A stretch of 63,835 nt of DNA, counting the filler, from Rhabdomonas costata (Eukaryota), in NCBI GenBank assembly GCA_019059605.1. It is 49 parts of 49 records of this genome, joined end to end, with 100 filler letters (N's around TTAATTAATTAA, not from the genome) between each part and the next. Parts side by side here need not be neighbours in the genome. Positions count along the whole stretch, not along the records: positions 61,327 to 62,531 come from JAHMHO010023705.1; positions 62,632 to 63,835 come from JAHMHO010023706.1; 47 more parts are not named here. One strand, 5' to 3'. Below, piece by piece: positions 62,211 to 63,835 of this stretch. The notes under the pieces were generated by a model. The model ran no database searches. It was given only the letters and a program-made list of their open reading frames with translations, and was not told the DNA's origin. A program made the position numbers and the translations under genes. Every line of letters begins with the position of its first letter. Within the stretch, counting starts at the first letter, position 1.

Positions 62211-62669
62211 GCGGGTGCCCTGGACCTGCCTCAACTTGGACGTATCCACAGCCGTGAAGCCCCCAAGCCGGAGTGCTAGAAAAAATGCCTTTCGCCTCGA
62301 GTTTCTGAGGGCTGCAGAGTGAAGTGCCCCTTCCTGAATTTTGCCTTCCCTGATAATTGGGAACGAGCGCAAACCGAATGGGTTGAGGGGTTGAGGGGCG
62401 TCGGTAGAAAGAGCAATGCTGGTTAACTTCTGCACCCCGTGGTCCCCATCCACTCCATCCCATATCATGACCTCATTCCGTCTGCCGGTTCCCCAGCTGC
62501 TTTGCCGTCCCTGGGGCTCCACCGTTCCTGTNNNNNNNNNNNNNNNNNNNNNNNNNNNNNNNNNNNNNNNNNNNNTTAATTAATTAANNNNNNNNNNNNN
62601 NNNNNNNNNNNNNNNNNNNNNNNNNNNNNNNGTGTGGTGTGTTTGGGGGGTGTGTACCACACCGCACAG

Positions 62670-63557
62670 TGCATGAAGGAGCACTTTGCGACCTGCGCGG
62701 ACTTCCTCACGGCTGGCCTGCTGCACGCCAAGTTTGTACCAGAGGTACCAGAGTATCACGGCACCCTCATCTTTTTTTTCCTCTCTGCCTGCTTCCTGGC
62801 TACACACACACAGTTTTCTGTGGCAAACGTGTGCTGATCGTCATCCCCCCTACTCCTCAGCCCCGTCACTGACTGTTGAGTGATACTGCTGATCATGTCA
62901 TGTTCAATCGCTGTGCAAAACATGCGGGATATTGGCGAATTTGAAGGGTACTTGTGAAAGACCCGTTGTTTGCAGCTTCCGTGTGTGGCATTGTCCGCAC
63001 CACAAACCGTCAAAAAGTAACAAACCACAAAAAACAATACGCTTTTTCGGACAGAAGCGAAAAGTTGATGGAATATCGTTCTTCACCTGAGACGATGTTT
63101 TTGCTTCGTTTTTGTTCTGTTGTGAGGCGCCGTTTCGTTCCATCAAATACACGATGCCATTATTATAATGCGTTGTTTCATGTATATCAGGATGCATGAG
63201 GCTCTCTGTTAGAAAGTCTTCGCTGGCACCACTGAGTCCTGCTCTTTTCCTATTTTCGGTCCGTTGATTGCAGGAGTTTGACAAGGCCAAGGATCAGGCC
63301 ATCAAGGACATCGAGGACACAGCCAAGGATCCCTCAAAAGTCCTCTTCGAGCATGTCCACAGGGTGTGCGGCTTTGCGTTTGTTGGGAATTGGGTCCTCA
63401 CGGCGCGAGTGCTTGTGAAGGATTAGTGAAGCTTCTATCTTTCTGCTTTTTCTGCCTCTCAGGCTGCGTACGCGGGGCTCACGGTGGGGCAACCCAATTG
63501 GCCCACTCCAGAGGTCATCGACCAACTGACGAAGGAGGATGTTGAGGCGTATATCCG
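62670..63557 (+). CDS. Peptidase M16 family (mitochondrial processing peptidase / bc1 core protein-like), exons 62670-62744, 63274-63363 and 63463 onward
   Basis: CMKEHFATCADFLTAGLLHAKFVPE / EFDKAKDQAIKDIEDTAKDPSKVLFEHVHR / AAYAGLTVGQPNWPTPEVIDQLTKEDVEAY parallels the M16 region that follows the active site. Confidence 0.82.
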
Positions 63558-63835
63558 CTACTTTTGGTTTGTGTCTCTGACTATTTCCTTTCCATAATCT
63601 TCTGCATTGGACTTTCCGTTCTGCAGGCGTTTTTGAATACCTATTAGAATTTGGAGTTTTTGAAGCAGTCTTATTTATCCGATCGTTAAATCAATGTACC
63701 GCATGGGTTGGAGGTCCGTTGGACGTGGCTGGAACTCCCATGCCCCCAAGCTTTATGGTCGTGTACCACCGGGGTACCAAAATGACGTAAAGGTGAATCT
63801 GGACATTACTTGTTTTGTGTTAGGCCAACAAACAA

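Overview
This window is not one locus. It is 49 unlinked contigs of about 1.2 kb, joined by artificial 100-nt spacers (N44-TTAATTAATTAA-N44), so no neighbourhood across a spacer is meaningful. The source is an intron-rich microbial eukaryote. Short GC-rich exons with GT-AG introns splice in frame into fragments of recognisable genes: major vault protein, gephyrin/MoeA, AMP deaminase-like, PAK/STE20 kinase, DnaJ, dual-specificity and PP2C phosphatases, ClC channel, M16/MPP-like peptidase, CHD remodeller, and WD40, Kelch, PDZ, TPM and Ig-like proteins. A euglenozoan (euglenid/diplonemid-like) origin is a plausible but unproven inference. G/T-only 5' ends, A/C-only 3' ends and terminal fold-backs point to a whole-genome-amplified single-cell library. 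The standout is contig 13058-14262, an AT-rich, intronless, uninterrupted 386-codon ORF whose motifs align in order with the double-jelly-roll major capsid protein of Polinton/Maverick and Polinton-like viruses, suggesting an endogenous or infecting virus. Secondary signals: decayed Ty3/Gypsy integrases, a non-LTR relic head-to-head with a ubiquitin domain broken at the K63 position, an apparent C>A-rich decay pattern in the relics, a tRNA-like Pol III element, a dispersed three-block repeat and several probable pseudo-enzymes. All protein assignments come from motif recognition by eye; no database search was run.
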